A stretch of DNA of 64,000 nucleotides from Vulcanimicrobiota bacterium (GTDB taxonomy: Bacteria > Vulcanimicrobiota > Vulcanimicrobiia > Vulcanimicrobiales > Vulcanimicrobiaceae), in the NCBI GenBank assembly GCA_963777315.1, contig CAVZQC010000001.1, forward strand, positions 96,001 through 160,000, written 5' to 3'. Of this stretch, positions 27,590 through 36,493 are shown in pieces. Both the position numbers and the translations under genes were made by a program. Each line of letters opens with the position of its first letter. Within the stretch, counting starts at the first letter, position 1. Under the pieces are notes generated by a model. The model was not told the origin of the DNA and made no database searches. It worked only from the letters and a program-made list of their open reading frames with translations.

Positions 27590-30307
27590 GTGATGCGAAC
27601 GCCGCACATTGCCGCGCCGGCCGGAACGGTGACGTTTCTGTTTACCGACATCGAGGCCTCGAGCCGGCATTGGGATACCGATCATGACGGCATGTCCAAC
27701 GCGCTTCGCCGCCACGACTCCATCGTGCGTGAAGCGCTCAGAGCGCACGGCGGGTATGTGTTTAAAACCGTCGGTGATGCCTTTTGCGCGGCGTTTAAAA
27801 GCGCACCGGACGCAATTGCGGCAGCACTGGACGCCCAGCGCGCCTTAGCAGCGCAGGATTTTGACGACATTGGCGGTCTGCGCGTGCGAATGGCGCTGCA
27901 CAGCGGCGACTGCGAGCACCGCAACGGCGACTACTTCGGCCCCGCGCTCAACCGGACGTCGCGGCTCATGGACATCGCGCACGGCGGCCAAATCGTGCTT
28001 TCGCGCACGACCGCCGATCTCATCGGCGACCGTTTACCACCCGGAACGGCCCTGGCCGACCTGGGCACGCATCGCCTCAAAGACCTGGCTCAGCCCGAAC
28101 ACGTCCAGCAATTGATCTCGCCGGACTTGCGTTCGCAGTTTCCCGCGCTTCGTTCGCTGCAAACGCATCCCAACAATCTCCCTTTTCAACTCACCAGCTT
28201 CATCGGGCGCCAAAACGAAATCGCGCAAGTTCTTTCTCTGCTCGAGGAACGCCGGCTCGTCACGCTCATCGGTTCGGGCGGAGTCGGCAAGACGCGATTG
28301 GCGCTTCACGTCGGAGCAGAGGTGCTGGGCAAGTTTGCAGACGGCGTTTCATTCGTCGATCTCGCTCCGGTGCGCGATCCGCAGTTCGTTCCGTCCGCCG
28401 TCGCAAAGAGTTTGGGCCTGGTGGAGATGGCCGACGTGTCGGTCACGGAGCTGGTTGCCGGATATTTGCGCGAACGCTGCGTGCTTTTGATCCTCGACAA
28501 CTGCGAGCATCTCATCGGAGCCGCAGCCGTCTTGGTGAACGAACTCCTGCGTCGCTGCAAAGACGTGCGGGTTCTGGCAACCTCCCGCGAACCGCTCAAT
28601 ATACCCGGCGAACATTCGCTGCGCGTAGCGTCGCTCCCCGAAGGCGACGCCGTTGCTCTCTTCATCGACCGTGCCACGTCGGTAAATCCCCAGTTCGAGA
28701 CCACTGCAGAAAGCTGCGCCCAGATTGCCGATTTATGCCGGCGCTTGGACGGTATTGCACTGGCAATTGAACTTGCGGCCGCGCGCGCTAAGGTGCTGTC
28801 GGTGGAGCACCTCAACCAAAAGCTGAACGATCGCTTTCGCATTCTCACCATCGGCAGCCGCACGGCGCTGCCGCGGCACCAAACGATGCGCGCACTCATC
28901 GATTGGAGTTACGATCTGCTTGCGCCTACCGAACAAACGTTGTTCCGCCGGTTTTCGGTCTTTGCCAATGGATGGACGTTGCCGCAAGCATGCGCGGTCT
29001 GCGGGTTCGACTTGGAGGAGTGGGACGTCGTCGACGGGCTCGCTTCGCTGGTCGATAAATCCCTGGTCGTTGCCGAAGTTGCCGCGTCAACCGAGCGCTT
29101 CAAGCTGTACGAATCGACGCGCCGCTATGCTCTGGAACGTTTGAACGATAGCGGCGAGCGGGAAACGCTCGAACGCGCGCATGCCGCGGAGTTTGCCGCA
29201 GTGGCCAAACGCAGCGACGAGATCTGGGAAGACACGCCCACTGCCGCGTGGCTCGATCAGCTCCTCCCGGAGGAGGACAATTTCCGCGCCGCACTCCACT
29301 GGACGCTCGAGCAGAAACGGGATGCGGAGCTGGGCGTGCGGCTCGTTTGCTACCTTCCCAGATTTTGGTGGACCGGCGGACGCCAGATCGAGGGAATCCG
29401 CTGGTACGATGCAGCGCTTATAACGGCACAAGTGCGCGAAGCCGACGTTCCCACGATGGCGCGCCTACGTTACGGGCTTGCGGTGATGTATTCGACGACG
29501 CTGATGCGGCGCGACGCGCGTGAAAATGCCGAGCTCGCAGTGACGCTATCCCGAGACAGCGGCGATGCGCTGCTGCTGGGATGGAGCGTGCTGGTGCTGG
29601 GAGTCGCGTGCGCGCTCATGGGCGACCCGCAAGCCGGCCGGAAACATTGCCGGGAAGGCATGGAGATTGCCGGCGGCTTGAACGCCACGCGGCTGATGGC
29701 CTGGCTGAGCTGGGCGCACGCACTCAACGATAGTGTGGCCGGTCAGTTCGACGCTGCGCGGGTCGAGCTGAACGAGCAGCTCGCGGTGTGCAAACGCCTG
29801 GGCGACGATTTGCTTTTAGGCTTCGCGCTGATTTTTTTGGGCATCGTCGAGCTCGGCACCGGAAACGGCCAGCGTTCGCTGGAGTGCACGCGCGAGGCGC
29901 TGGAACTCTACCGCCAAAAAGGCGACCGCGTGGGGTTGGCGCTGGCCTGGTCGAACATCGCGCCGGCTTATCTGGTTCTCGGGCAGATCGACGACGTACG
30001 GGAAGCGGCCCGCGAGGCGCTGTCCTATGCGCGGGACACGCACAATTCACGCTTAATCGTGATTGCGCTCGAGTATCTGGCAGCCGCCGCACTCCAACGG
30101 CCTACGGCGGCGGCATGCCTGTTGGGATTTTGCGATGCATGGTATGCAACTTCGGCCACGCCGCGCGATCTGACCGAACAGCAAACTCAGCGCCGCACGC
30201 TCGAGGGCTTGCGCGCTGCATTGCCGGGTGCGGAGCTGCAGACTTCACTGGAAGCCGGCGCGAGAATGACGCAAGCGCAGGCCATCGAAACGGCGCTGCA
30301 GAGGTAA
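27590..30307 (+). CDS. Class III adenylate/guanylate cyclase - STAND ATPase - TPR protein
   Basis: FLFTDIEAS, KTVGDAF, RMALHSG, YFGPALNR; GSGGVGKTRLA, LILDNCEH, LDGIALAIELAAA; helical repeats; GGAGG RBS. Confidence 0.9.
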   Translation: MMRTPHIAAPAGTVTFLFTDIEASSRHWDTDHDGMSNALRRHDSIVREALRAHGGYVFKTVGDAFCAAFKSAPDAIAAALDAQRALAAQDFDDIGGLRVRMALHSGDCEHRNGDYFGPALNRTSRLMDIAHGGQIVLSRTTADLIGDRLPPGTALADLGTHRLKDLAQPEHVQQLISPDLRSQFPALRSLQTHPNNLPFQLTSFIGRQNEIAQVLSLLEERRLVTLIGSGGVGKTRLALHVGAEVLGKFADGVSFVDLAPVRDPQFVPSAVAKSLGLVEMADVSVTELVAGYLRERCVLLILDNCEHLIGAAAVLVNELLRRCKDVRVLATSREPLNIPGEHSLRVASLPEGDAVALFIDRATSVNPQFETTAESCAQIADLCRRLDGIALAIELAAARAKVLSVEHLNQKLNDRFRILTIGSRTALPRHQTMRALIDWSYDLLAPTEQTLFRRFSVFANGWTLPQACAVCGFDLEEWDVVDGLASLVDKSLVVAEVAASTERFKLYESTRRYALERLNDSGERETLERAHAAEFAAVAKRSDEIWEDTPTAAWLDQLLPEEDNFRAALHWTLEQKRDAELGVRLVCYLPRFWWTGGRQIEGIRWYDAALITAQVREADVPTMARLRYGLAVMYSTTLMRRDARENAELAVTLSRDSGDALLLGWSVLVLGVACALMGDPQAGRKHCREGMEIAGGLNATRLMAWLSWAHALNDSVAGQFDAARVELNEQLAVCKRLGDDLLLGFALIFLGIVELGTGNGQRSLECTREALELYRQKGDRVGLALAWSNIAPAYLVLGQIDDVREAAREALSYARDTHNSRLIVIALEYLAAAALQRPTAAACLLGFCDAWYATSATPRDLTEQQTQRRTLEGLRAALPGAELQTSLEAGARMTQAQAIETALQR

Positions 30308-30355
30308 CTTCCATTCGATGTAAGCTTTACGTCCGCATGGTGAGGAGAGCGTGAC

Positions 30356-30652
30356 ATGTTCGGGCATTTCGGACAAATCGAACCGCTGATCGCCGCGGGC
30401 GTTTTTGTGAGCACCGCTTTAACCGACGCAGTATACGTGCTCTTCACCGCATCCGTGGCGGCCCGGCGGCGGGTTTCCGCCGCATCGTGGAGCAGCGTTT
30501 GGTATCTGCTGTCGTCGTTCGCAGTGATCACCTACACGCATGCGTGGGCCTATCTAATCTTCGCCGCCGCCGGTTCGTGGCTAGGCGCCTACGTTTCGAT
30601 GACGTTTCTGCACGGCGCGCGCAACCCATCATCGCCGATCGCACCGACGTAA
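30356..30652 (+). CDS. Small 3-TM hypothetical membrane protein
   Basis: AGGAG RBS, hydrophobic segments. Confidence 0.7.
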   Translation: MFGHFGQIEPLIAAGVFVSTALTDAVYVLFTASVAARRRVSAASWSSVWYLLSSFAVITYTHAWAYLIFAAAGSWLGAYVSMTFLHGARNPSSPIAPT

Positions 30653-30683
30653 CCTTCAAGGAGCCAAGAGCGGCAGCGTCACT

Positions 30684-32510
30684 TTACTTTGCATTTCGCC
30701 AGGACCACAGCGGAACGACCAAGAGGGGATCCTTGCCCGTGACTGTCGTCGTCCAGACATATTCCGCCGGCAAAGGATTGCAGTCCGAGTACACGCGGTA
30801 CCCATGGGAAGCATTCCATGCGAGCGACGTGTGGCTCGGGCGAACCGGTTTGAAGCCGGTACTTTGCGCGAGCGGATAGGTTTGCGCGCGCGCAACCGCA
30901 AGCACCGCATCGTCAAGCGCTGTGTTTCCGCTCGCGGTTACGAGAGACGCATTCGTCACCGAACCGGCGGAGTTGACCTGTACGCGCACCGATGCGCTCA
31001 AAGTCGAGCGTGCCGGGATAGCTTCCAGTGACGCTGGGAGCGCCGGAACAGCGGAGTGAAGCAGATTCGGCACCTTGCATGCCTTTGGGTGCGCTGCGCT
31101 CCACCCGACGGGATACGCTGGATCGACCGCGGACAGCGTCTGATGCCGAGGCCCACCAGGCTGCCCTACGTAGGCTCCCATTCGCACCGTCGATGATGTG
31201 GCATGGCAATCGCGCAGAGCCGGCTCATAGGTTGCGCCCATGAAGCTGCGCACGATTCCTTCCCGAACTCCCGGATAAGACGGCGCCGACACAATGACGA
31301 CTTTACGCGCGGTTCCCGCGGCATCCACCGTGAGGTCGACGCTCGCAAAGTGTTGCGCGCCGACCCGTCGAGCAAGTTCACCAGGCTTGGCGGGTCCGAC
31401 CCAGAGGCGTTCGACGCTGTTCGTGTGATCGATTTCCATAAGCGACCGAATACTGCGATTGGGCGTAGTACAACCGCTTGCAGCTTGAATGGACTGCGGC
31501 GACGGCGGCGCATAGGCGAGTACCGGCGAAATCGATTGCAGAACAATCCCGGTGAGCGCGAACGTCAGGAGCGCACCGCTAATGGCCGAAGGCGAAAGGC
31601 GAAGACGGCGGGGCCGAGCATCCAGGAGATGCTCGATCCGCGCGACGACGGAGTGACGCGAACCGATCGCGCTCGGAGCGGCGAGTGATGGGCGCGCGCC
31701 GGCGCAGCTCGCCATTGCCGCTAAAGCCCGGGCGAACACGTCGCCGGCGCCGAGTCTGGCGACGACCCAATCATCGCATGCAATCTCGCGTTCCGTCGCA
31801 ACTCGGCGCAGCACCAACCACGCAATCGGATTGAGGGTAACCAGCGCTTCGAGCACGCGCGCAAGTGCATTCGTCCAAACGTCGTTTCGCCGCAGGTGCG
31901 CGGATTCGTGCATAATGATGGCGCTCACCGCGTCATCCGGCTCTTCTTGCACAATCGACGTCGGTAGGACGATTGCCGGCCGAAGAAAGCCGAGCGCAAG
32001 CGGGACAGCCACGCGATGCGAGAGCGAAACGGGATAATCGTGGGTAGACGACCACGGCCTCGATTCGCGCCTAATCACCGCAAGATCGCGCAGGTTTTTT
32101 AGTAATAGGATGATACGCGCGCACGCTGCCAGCAGCCAAACGAGCGCCACAACCAGCGCAAGACTTTGCGAGACCGTAATGCGTGGAGCGTGCGGCGTTT
32201 CAACCGGATACGCGTCCGGCAGTTCAACGCCGGACACATTGGCGCGGATCACGGCAACGGACGCATCAGTCGACGTCGTGACCGGCGGCGGGGCCGAAAG
32301 CTGCGGCGACGCGGGCACGAGCACCGTAGCAACCGGAACCAGTACGAGCGCCGACAGCGCGCACAGCCAAATTGCATAGCGCGTTGCAGCGCCGACTTGC
32401 GGCATGCACCGCAGACCCAGCCATACGAGGCCCACGATGAGTGCGCCCTCCCACAGACTATCGAACAACGCGCCGGAAACGGCAAGTGCAGCCTGCATCA
32501 GCGTGTTCAT
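30684..32510 (-). CDS. M56 (BlaR1-type) metallopeptidase sensor with TonB-C-like extracytoplasmic domains
   Basis: RYAIW, GFLRPAIVLP, HESAHLRRND, EREIACD; 'VQVNSAGSV...SGN.ALDDA'. Confidence 0.88.
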   Translation of the reverse strand: MNTLMQAALAVSGALFDSLWEGALIVGLVWLGLRCMPQVGAATRYAIWLCALSALVLVPVATVLVPASPQLSAPPPVTTSTDASVAVIRANVSGVELPDAYPVETPHAPRITVSQSLALVVALVWLLAACARIILLLKNLRDLAVIRRESRPWSSTHDYPVSLSHRVAVPLALGFLRPAIVLPTSIVQEEPDDAVSAIIMHESAHLRRNDVWTNALARVLEALVTLNPIAWLVLRRVATEREIACDDWVVARLGAGDVFARALAAMASCAGARPSLAAPSAIGSRHSVVARIEHLLDARPRRLRLSPSAISGALLTFALTGIVLQSISPVLAYAPPSPQSIQAASGCTTPNRSIRSLMEIDHTNSVERLWVGPAKPGELARRVGAQHFASVDLTVDAAGTARKVVIVSAPSYPGVREGIVRSFMGATYEPALRDCHATSSTVRMGAYVGQPGGPRHQTLSAVDPAYPVGWSAAHPKACKVPNLLHSAVPALPASLEAIPARSTLSASVRVQVNSAGSVTNASLVTASGNTALDDAVLAVARAQTYPLAQSTGFKPVRPSHTSLAWNASHGYRVYSDCNPLPAEYVWTTTVTGKDPLLVVPLWSWRNAK

Positions 32511-32896
32511 TACTTACGCCCTCGGGGTCGGCGTTCGAGCAGTTCGCGAATCGCTTTGCGATCGGCTTCGCGCAGCGGGACGTCGTCGAGCAACGTTAAG
32601 GCCAGCGCGTTCGGCGAATTCTTGAAGAACCGCGCCATTACATGGCTGACTGCGGACTGCGCTGCCTCGCTGCGATCGATGAGGGGGCGATAGGTAAAGG
32701 CGCGCCCCGTCTCCTTATGTCCGACATAGCCCTTCTGCTCGAGCGTACGCATCGTCGAAAGAACGGTATTGTAGGCCAACGGCGGCGGCAGCAATGCCGC
32801 CGTTACTTCAGAAACGGTGGCCTGCCCCTTGGCCCAAAGGATTTCCATCAGGCGCAACTCGTGGTCGGTCAGCACCAGCGCTTTCTTCCGCGGCAT
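32510..32896 (-). CDS. BlaI/MecI/CopY-family repressor
   Basis: LTDHELRLMEILW, LAYNTVLSTMRTLEQKGYV, GRAFTYRP. Confidence 0.93.
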   Translation of the reverse strand: MPRKKALVLTDHELRLMEILWAKGQATVSEVTAALLPPPLAYNTVLSTMRTLEQKGYVGHKETGRAFTYRPLIDRSEAAQSAVSHVMARFFKNSPNALALTLLDDVPLREADRKAIRELLERRPRGRK

Positions 32897-32899
32897 ACC

Positions 32900-32966
32900 A
32901 CCTCCTAGATTTCTAGTTCATAGTAGCCGCCCGAAGCTTCGTTGTCAACTAGTATTCTAAGTTCAG
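32900..32966 (-). promoter_or_regulatory. Sigma70-type promoter of blaI-like operon flanked by two putative operators
   Basis: TTGACA (32948-32943), 17 bp, TACTAT (32925-32920); GAACTTAGAATACTAG upstream of -35 and GAACTAGAAATCTAG downstream of -10; AGGAGG RBS. Confidence 0.8.
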
Positions 32967-33039
32967 AGCCGGCCGTGCAAAAGCGGCGGCTTCCTTCACT
33001 GACTCGATTTACTCCGATGGAGTAGCCGGCGACAATGGT

Positions 33040-34017
33040 TCAATGCCTAATCATCTTCGGGGTGCGCGGGGATGGCGTGAAGCGATTTAGGGCGTCGACA
33101 ACGTGTTCGGGCAAAGACCCGGTTCCGTGACCGGCGTCAGCCACAATGTGCAACTCGCTTCCGGTCCAAGATTTGTGTAAAGTCCACGCAGTCTCCAAGG
33201 GGCTGCTGATGTCGTAGCGGCCGTGTACCAAGACGCCTGGAGTTCCGTTCAATGAGCCGGCGTTACGGAGAAGTTCGTCCTCTCCCAGAAACGCCGCATG
33301 CCGCCAGTAGTGCGTCACGATCCGGGCAAAACGCAAGCAGAATTCAGGGTCTTGGAACCGGCGGTTCGGCCTATGCCCGGGCACCAGCGAGACATGACTG
33401 TCTTCCCAGGCACACCATTTCGCAGCGGCCGCGGCGCAAACTCCGGGATCGTCGTCGAACAACAGTTTAGCGTAGGCGTCAACGATGCGCTCGCCCCTAA
33501 GTGACTCGGGAATATGAGACGTGAGCTGTTCCCATTCTTGCGGGAAAATGCGGCCTACGCCGCACGTGACCCAGTCGACCTCGCGACGCGACGTCGTTGT
33601 GACGCACGCCAGAACGAGCGTTGCGACGTGCCGGGCATATGCCTGAGCGTATGCGAGCGCCAATGTCGTGCCCCACGAGACGCCTAGCATGGTCCAACGT
33701 TCGACCGAGAGGCGCTTGCGCACCGACTCCATGTCGCCGATGAGATGCTCGGTCGTGTTGGTCTCCAATTGCTGCTTGTGAGTTAGCAGCGGTTGGCTGC
33801 GGCCGCAGCCGCGTTGATCGAATAGGACAATCCGGTACTTCTGGGGGTCGAAGAAGCGGCGCGCGCCCGGCGTGCAGCCCGAGCCCGGTCCGCCATGTAC
33901 GTAGACAGCAGGCGCACCTTTAGGATTGCCGCAGCACTCCCAATAGATGAAGTTGCCGTCGCCAACGTCAAGCAGCCCTCGATCGTACGGCTCGCTATTC
34001 GGAAACAACGCACCCAT
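33040..34017 (-). CDS. pip: Proline iminopeptidase
   Basis: GNPKG, HGGPGSG, FDQRGCGRS, GVSWG, HGRYD, DAGH. Confidence 0.9.
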   Translation of the reverse strand: MGALFPNSEPYDRGLLDVGDGNFIYWECCGNPKGAPAVYVHGGPGSGCTPGARRFFDPQKYRIVLFDQRGCGRSQPLLTHKQQLETNTTEHLIGDMESVRKRLSVERWTMLGVSWGTTLALAYAQAYARHVATLVLACVTTTSRREVDWVTCGVGRIFPQEWEQLTSHIPESLRGERIVDAYAKLLFDDDPGVCAAAAAKWCAWEDSHVSLVPGHRPNRRFQDPEFCLRFARIVTHYWRHAAFLGEDELLRNAGSLNGTPGVLVHGRYDISSPLETAWTLHKSWTGSELHIVADAGHGTGSLPEHVVDALNRFTPSPRTPKMIRH

Positions 34018-34173
34018 AAATTACGCGTTCAGGGGGCAAAGCGCGACTCCCGCTTAAGTTCGTTTGCCGCCTCCGGCACTGGAGAACGCCGACGCCCAAA
34101 ATGACCTCGGAAGATGGACCTTTGGAACACCGCAGATACGTCACGGTCGAGCGATGGGCGACGATCTCAAGGC

Positions 34174-34944
34174 ATGAACCGGCCGCTGTTTGCTCTCATC
34201 TTCGTTGTCGCTTTTGCGATTCCAATGGTCGTAGCGCGCGCGACGCTGATTCGCGATGGCGACTATGAGATGCGCGGTAAGTATCAAGGCGTGCTGTTTT
34301 GCTCGGATTGTCCCGGTATCTGGACCCAGGTTACGCTCGAGGACAACGGCCCGGACCTCGGCGTGGGCCACGGAACGTTCGTCATGACGCAACGGTACAG
34401 CGGTGGCATTCACAGAGGTGAGACGGTCGTCACCACTGGGACGTGGTCGGCAATCTCGCGGGACGAATATATGACGAGCGGCCTTCTGAGACTGCTGCCT
34501 GCGAGGCGTGACGCAAAGCCGCGCTACTTTCGATGCGAAGGCGGACGGCGACTGAGCGAGACCAATGGCGGCGGGATGCCGCTAACGACGCACCTGGAGC
34601 AAAGTATGCTGATGCGCGTGATCCCGCCCGAAACGCCGGCATTTGCGCCGCTCACGCAAGCCGAGGCCAATCGTACGATTTACGGACGCGTGGGCGATCG
34701 GTTTTCCATCGATTTGACGCCCAAACCGATAGCGGGCGCGACGCCAAACCCACAGCCCGATTTTTCCATCTTTGCGTTGGTCACGGTCACGCAACTCCCA
34801 ACGATTCCTGCCGCATTGGACGTCTACGGCCAGGACGCGTTCGTCGACATCGTCGCCGCAAATCCCGGTACGGCGAAACTCACCTTTCGGAGCCGTTCAA
34901 CGCCGACGCGACTCGTAAGCTTCGAGTTTGAAATTCGGCCATAG
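34174..34944 (+). CDS. Exported protein with NlpE N-terminal-like domain
   Basis: Signal peptide; YQGVLFCSDCPGI resembles NlpE Y.G.LPCADC.GI. Confidence 0.65.
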   Translation: MNRPLFALIFVVAFAIPMVVARATLIRDGDYEMRGKYQGVLFCSDCPGIWTQVTLEDNGPDLGVGHGTFVMTQRYSGGIHRGETVVTTGTWSAISRDEYMTSGLLRLLPARRDAKPRYFRCEGGRRLSETNGGGMPLTTHLEQSMLMRVIPPETPAFAPLTQAEANRTIYGRVGDRFSIDLTPKPIAGATPNPQPDFSIFALVTVTQLPTIPAALDVYGQDAFVDIVAANPGTAKLTFRSRSTPTRLVSFEFEIRP

Positions 34945-34971
34945 CAAGCATTCCACACGATTCACAAAGGA

Positions 34972-36414
34972 TTAGTACGTCACCGTGGCGATAACGGCGG
35001 CTCCGGCAACGAGTCCATCGTCATCACGGCTGTACGCGTAGAGCAGGGTTTTCTTCGGCGTTTTTACCGTGAATAGGTAGGCCGTGGTGGGAGGCCGGCG
35101 ATCCGTCGAAATCAACGTGTAGGTGCGCTTACCCAGAGCTGCGAGTGCCTGCAAGTCCGCGCGGTGTGGCGGAATCATGTGAGCGCGAAAGTCGGGCCGC
35201 AGCTGCGCCATGTCGATATGGCCCGCAATCGCATCCTCGAGCCAGCGCTGAGCCGCGGCGACTAGCGCGGGATTCGCTTGCGGTCGCGCGCGCTTGCCGG
35301 GCGTCGACCCGGGGTGCGGCGACGGCTTCACCGCCGCCGAAGGTATGAGAACGCCATACAGCGCCGAAACAGCGGTGTTGTAGCTGAATGTTCCACTGTT
35401 TGCTAAGACGACGATGCCGAAATGGTCGTCCGGAAAACGCGCATCCTGCGTTGCCGCACCCTCCGTGTTTCCGCCGTGCGAGACCATCAGGTGCCCATTC
35501 GGCAAACGCGACACCATGATTCCGAATCCATAATCCGGGAAAGGATCGTCTTTCCCGATGCGGTGCGGCGTCATCATCTCGGTCAAAGAACGCTTGGAGA
35601 GCAGTTTTCCGCCGGATAGCGCGGCGTTCCACTTTGCAAGGTCGCCCGCGTTGCTCACGATCCAGCCGGCGCCGCCGAACCAGGTATAATCGAGGTGCGG
35701 CGCATGCTCCCAAGGCCCCAGCGCAAAGGAATCGTACTCGGTCGCAACGTTGGGTCGCGTATCGTCCCAGGTGCGCACGAAGGTCGCCGTCATCCCGAGC
35801 GGCCTAAAGATTCGCCGCTCGAGAAAATCGCCGTAACTCATCCCGGACACCCGCTCGATAACCATCGTCAGCAGATTGTATCCGGTGTTCGAGTACTCAC
35901 GCGACGTTCCGGGCGTGAACGCAAGCGGCCGGTGATCGACCGTGTTCACCATCGCTGCCAGCGTCGTGGGACGATTGCCGATCTCATCGAACGTGCCGAT
36001 CTCGGTATATTCCGCATAGCCGCCGGAATGGGTGAGTAAATTTCGCAGCGTGACCTGGTTCGCGTGCGGAATTTCCGGCAAGTATTTGGAGAGGCGATCG
36101 TCGACGCTCAGTTTGCCTTCGTCTTGCAGCATCAGGATCGCCGCCGCGGTGAATTGTTTGGTATTCGAACCGATGGGATAGCTCGTATCTCCGCGCGCCC
36201 GTACCGCGTCCTCGACGTTCATGTAGCCGAAGCCCTTTGCGTAGACGACCGAACCGCCGTGCAGGATCGCGATGGTCAGCCCGGGCGTCGCCCGTCCGGC
36301 CACCGAACGGTTCCCGATGGCATCGATCGCGGCGAGTTGTTTGGGCGTCAGCGAAAGAGGCGCAGCCCCAAGAAGGCAAAGCAGTGCCGCTGCAGCGGCG
36401 ATCTTTTGAATCAT
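34972..36414 (-). CDS. Serine hydrolase, beta-lactamase class C / peptidase S12 family, exported
   Basis: SNTK (SxxK), LLTHSGG, YSN, HGG; signal peptide. Confidence 0.9.
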   Translation of the reverse strand: MIQKIAAAAALLCLLGAAPLSLTPKQLAAIDAIGNRSVAGRATPGLTIAILHGGSVVYAKGFGYMNVEDAVRARGDTSYPIGSNTKQFTAAAILMLQDEGKLSVDDRLSKYLPEIPHANQVTLRNLLTHSGGYAEYTEIGTFDEIGNRPTTLAAMVNTVDHRPLAFTPGTSREYSNTGYNLLTMVIERVSGMSYGDFLERRIFRPLGMTATFVRTWDDTRPNVATEYDSFALGPWEHAPHLDYTWFGGAGWIVSNAGDLAKWNAALSGGKLLSKRSLTEMMTPHRIGKDDPFPDYGFGIMVSRLPNGHLMVSHGGNTEGAATQDARFPDDHFGIVVLANSGTFSYNTAVSALYGVLIPSAAVKPSPHPGSTPGKRARPQANPALVAAAQRWLEDAIAGHIDMAQLRPDFRAHMIPPHRADLQALAALGKRTYTLISTDRRPPTTAYLFTVKTPKKTLLYAYSRDDDGLVAGAAVIATVTY

Positions 36415-36493
36415 GCGGCCTTCTTACGCCGCAACGCGATATTTCCCCGCAGGCGGCAGTATATCACCGCCGGCTGTGCAAAAGGGCGCGAAC

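Noticed and set aside
33010..33024. Palindrome TACTCC-GAT-GGAGTA between pip and the blaI promoter
   Set aside because: Single short copy with no T-tract and no matching regulator; cannot be assigned.
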